Assembly: GCA_964057225.1 (NCBI GenBank)
Contig: OZ059894.1
Location: 5,084,001 to 5,148,000 of the forward strand
Direction: 5' to 3'
From: Auanema rhodensis
Lineage: Eukaryota; Animalia; Nematoda
DNA: 64,000 nucleotides
In this document: in pieces, positions 62,601 through 64,000 of the stretch
Numbering within the stretch: position 1 is the first letter of the stretch
How the letters are laid out: every line of letters begins with the position of its first letter
Notes under the pieces: generated by a model
Seen by the model: the letters and a program-made list of their open reading frames with translations, nothing else
The model's database searches: none
Told to the model about the DNA's origin: nothing
Program-made: the position numbers and the translations under genes

Positions 62601-64000
62601 GCGGTTTCCAAAATTAGATTCCCGATGTCCATATTAGTCTAAAAACAAATTTTTATTGATATTGGTGCATGGTAACCATGACTTTGAAATTTACGTAAAC
62701 TTTAATTTATGCTAATTAAGTGTACACGTGATGTGCACTTGGTACGTAATTCGCTTCAAGTCAAAGATAAAGAGATGCGGTTTTCAAAATTAGATTCCCC
62801 ATGTCCATATTAGTCTAAAAACAAATTTTTGTTGATATTGGTGGATGGTAACCATGACTTTCAAATTTACGTGAACTTCAATTTATGCTAATTAAGTGTA
62901 CACGTGATGTGCACTTGGTATGTAACTCGCTTCAAGTCAAAGATAAAGAGATGCGGTTTTCAAAATTAGATTCCCCATGTCCATATTAGTCTAAAAACAA
63001 ATTTTTATTAATATTGGTGCATGGTAACCATGACTTTGAAATTTACGTGAACTTTAATTTATGCTAATTAAGTGTACACATAATGTGCACTTGGTATGTA
63101 ACTCGCTTCAAGTGAAAGATAAAGAGATGCGGTTTTTAAAATTAGATTTCGCATGTCCATATTAGTCTAAAAACAAATTTTTATTGATATTGGTGCATGG
63201 TAACCATGACTTTAAAATTTACGTGAACTTTAATTTATGCTAATTAAGTGAACACATGATGTGCACTTGGTATGTAACTCGCTTCACGTGAAAGATAAAG
63301 AGATGCGGTTTTCAAAATTAGATTCCTCATGTCCATATTAGTCTAAAAACGAATTTTTATTGATATTGATGCATGGTAACCATGACTTTGAAATTTACGT
63401 GAACTTTAATTTATGCTTATTAAGTGTACACGTGATGTGCACTTGGTATGTAACTCGCTTCACGTGAAAGATAAAGGGATGCGGTTTTCAAAATTAGATT
63501 CCTCATGTCCATATTAGTCTAAAAACAAATTTTTGTTGATATTGGTGGATGGTAACCATGACTTTCAAATTTACGTGTACTTCAATTTATGCTAATTAAG
63601 TGTACACGTGATGTGCACTTGGTATGTAACTCGCTTCAAGTCAAAGATAAAGAGATGCGGTTTTCAAAATTAGATTCCCGATGTCCATATTAGTCTAAAA
63701 ACAAATTTTTATTGATATTGGTGCATGGTAACCATGACTTTGAAATTTACGTGAACTTTAATTTATGCTAATTAAGTGTACACGTGATGTGCACTTGGTA
63801 TGTAACTCGCTTCAAGTCAAAGATAAAGAGATGCGGTTTTCAAAATTAGATTCCCCATGTCCATATTAGTCTAAAAACAAATTTTTATTGATATTGGTGC
63901 ATGGTAACCATGACTTTAAAATTTACGTGAACTTTAATTTATGCTAATTAAGTGTACACATAATGTGCACTTGGTATGTAACTCGCTTCAAGTGAAAGAT
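26649..64000 (+). repeat. 176-bp satellite (family B), about 212 head-to-tail monomers, single orientation, with higher-order repeats
   Basis: Period 176 (recurring ORF starts 40357/41589/42997 differ by 7 x 176 and 8 x 176). The net offset over the array is 212 x 176 minus 1, explained by a 1-bp deletion in a T-run near 28683. The array runs off the window end. Confidence 0.98.

Noticed and set aside
26506-64000. CRISPR-like appearance of the regular repeats
   Set aside because: Units are head-to-tail with no unique spacers, there are no cas genes, and the context is eukaryotic.
1-64000. tRNA, rRNA, 5S or spliced-leader genes, or telomeric repeats, within the tandem units
   Set aside because: No recognisable tRNA boxes, rRNA sequence, SL1 leader or TTAGGC/TTAGGG arrays were seen; a covariance-model search was not possible.

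Overview
This is eukaryotic heterochromatin-like DNA with no host genes; the retroelement's ORF1 resembles nematode CR1-type ORF1s (tentative, from recall). Bases 1-21572 are an AT-rich 351-bp tandem satellite (about 61 monomers) that switches orientation three times (at about 257, 4287 and 20620) and contains a near-perfect 2.1-kb fold-back inverted duplication. Bases 21573-64000 are a different 176-bp satellite (about 214 monomers) with nested higher-order repeats. About 320 bp into the 176-bp array, inside a CACGTG palindrome, sits an intact, apparently full-length 4.76-kb non-LTR retrotransposon (CR1/L2-group LINE, minus strand, 21893-26648). It has an 18-bp tandem repeat at its 5' end, ORF1 (355 aa) and ORF2 (APE endonuclease plus reverse transcriptase). 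Most notable: ORF2 has no AUG until codon 266, after the whole endonuclease domain, and lies in the +1 frame relative to ORF1. ORF1 ends with UCC_UUU_CGU_UAA, the +1 ribosomal frameshift motif known from influenza A PA-X, which predicts a frameshifted ORF1-ORF2 fusion of about 1296 aa.
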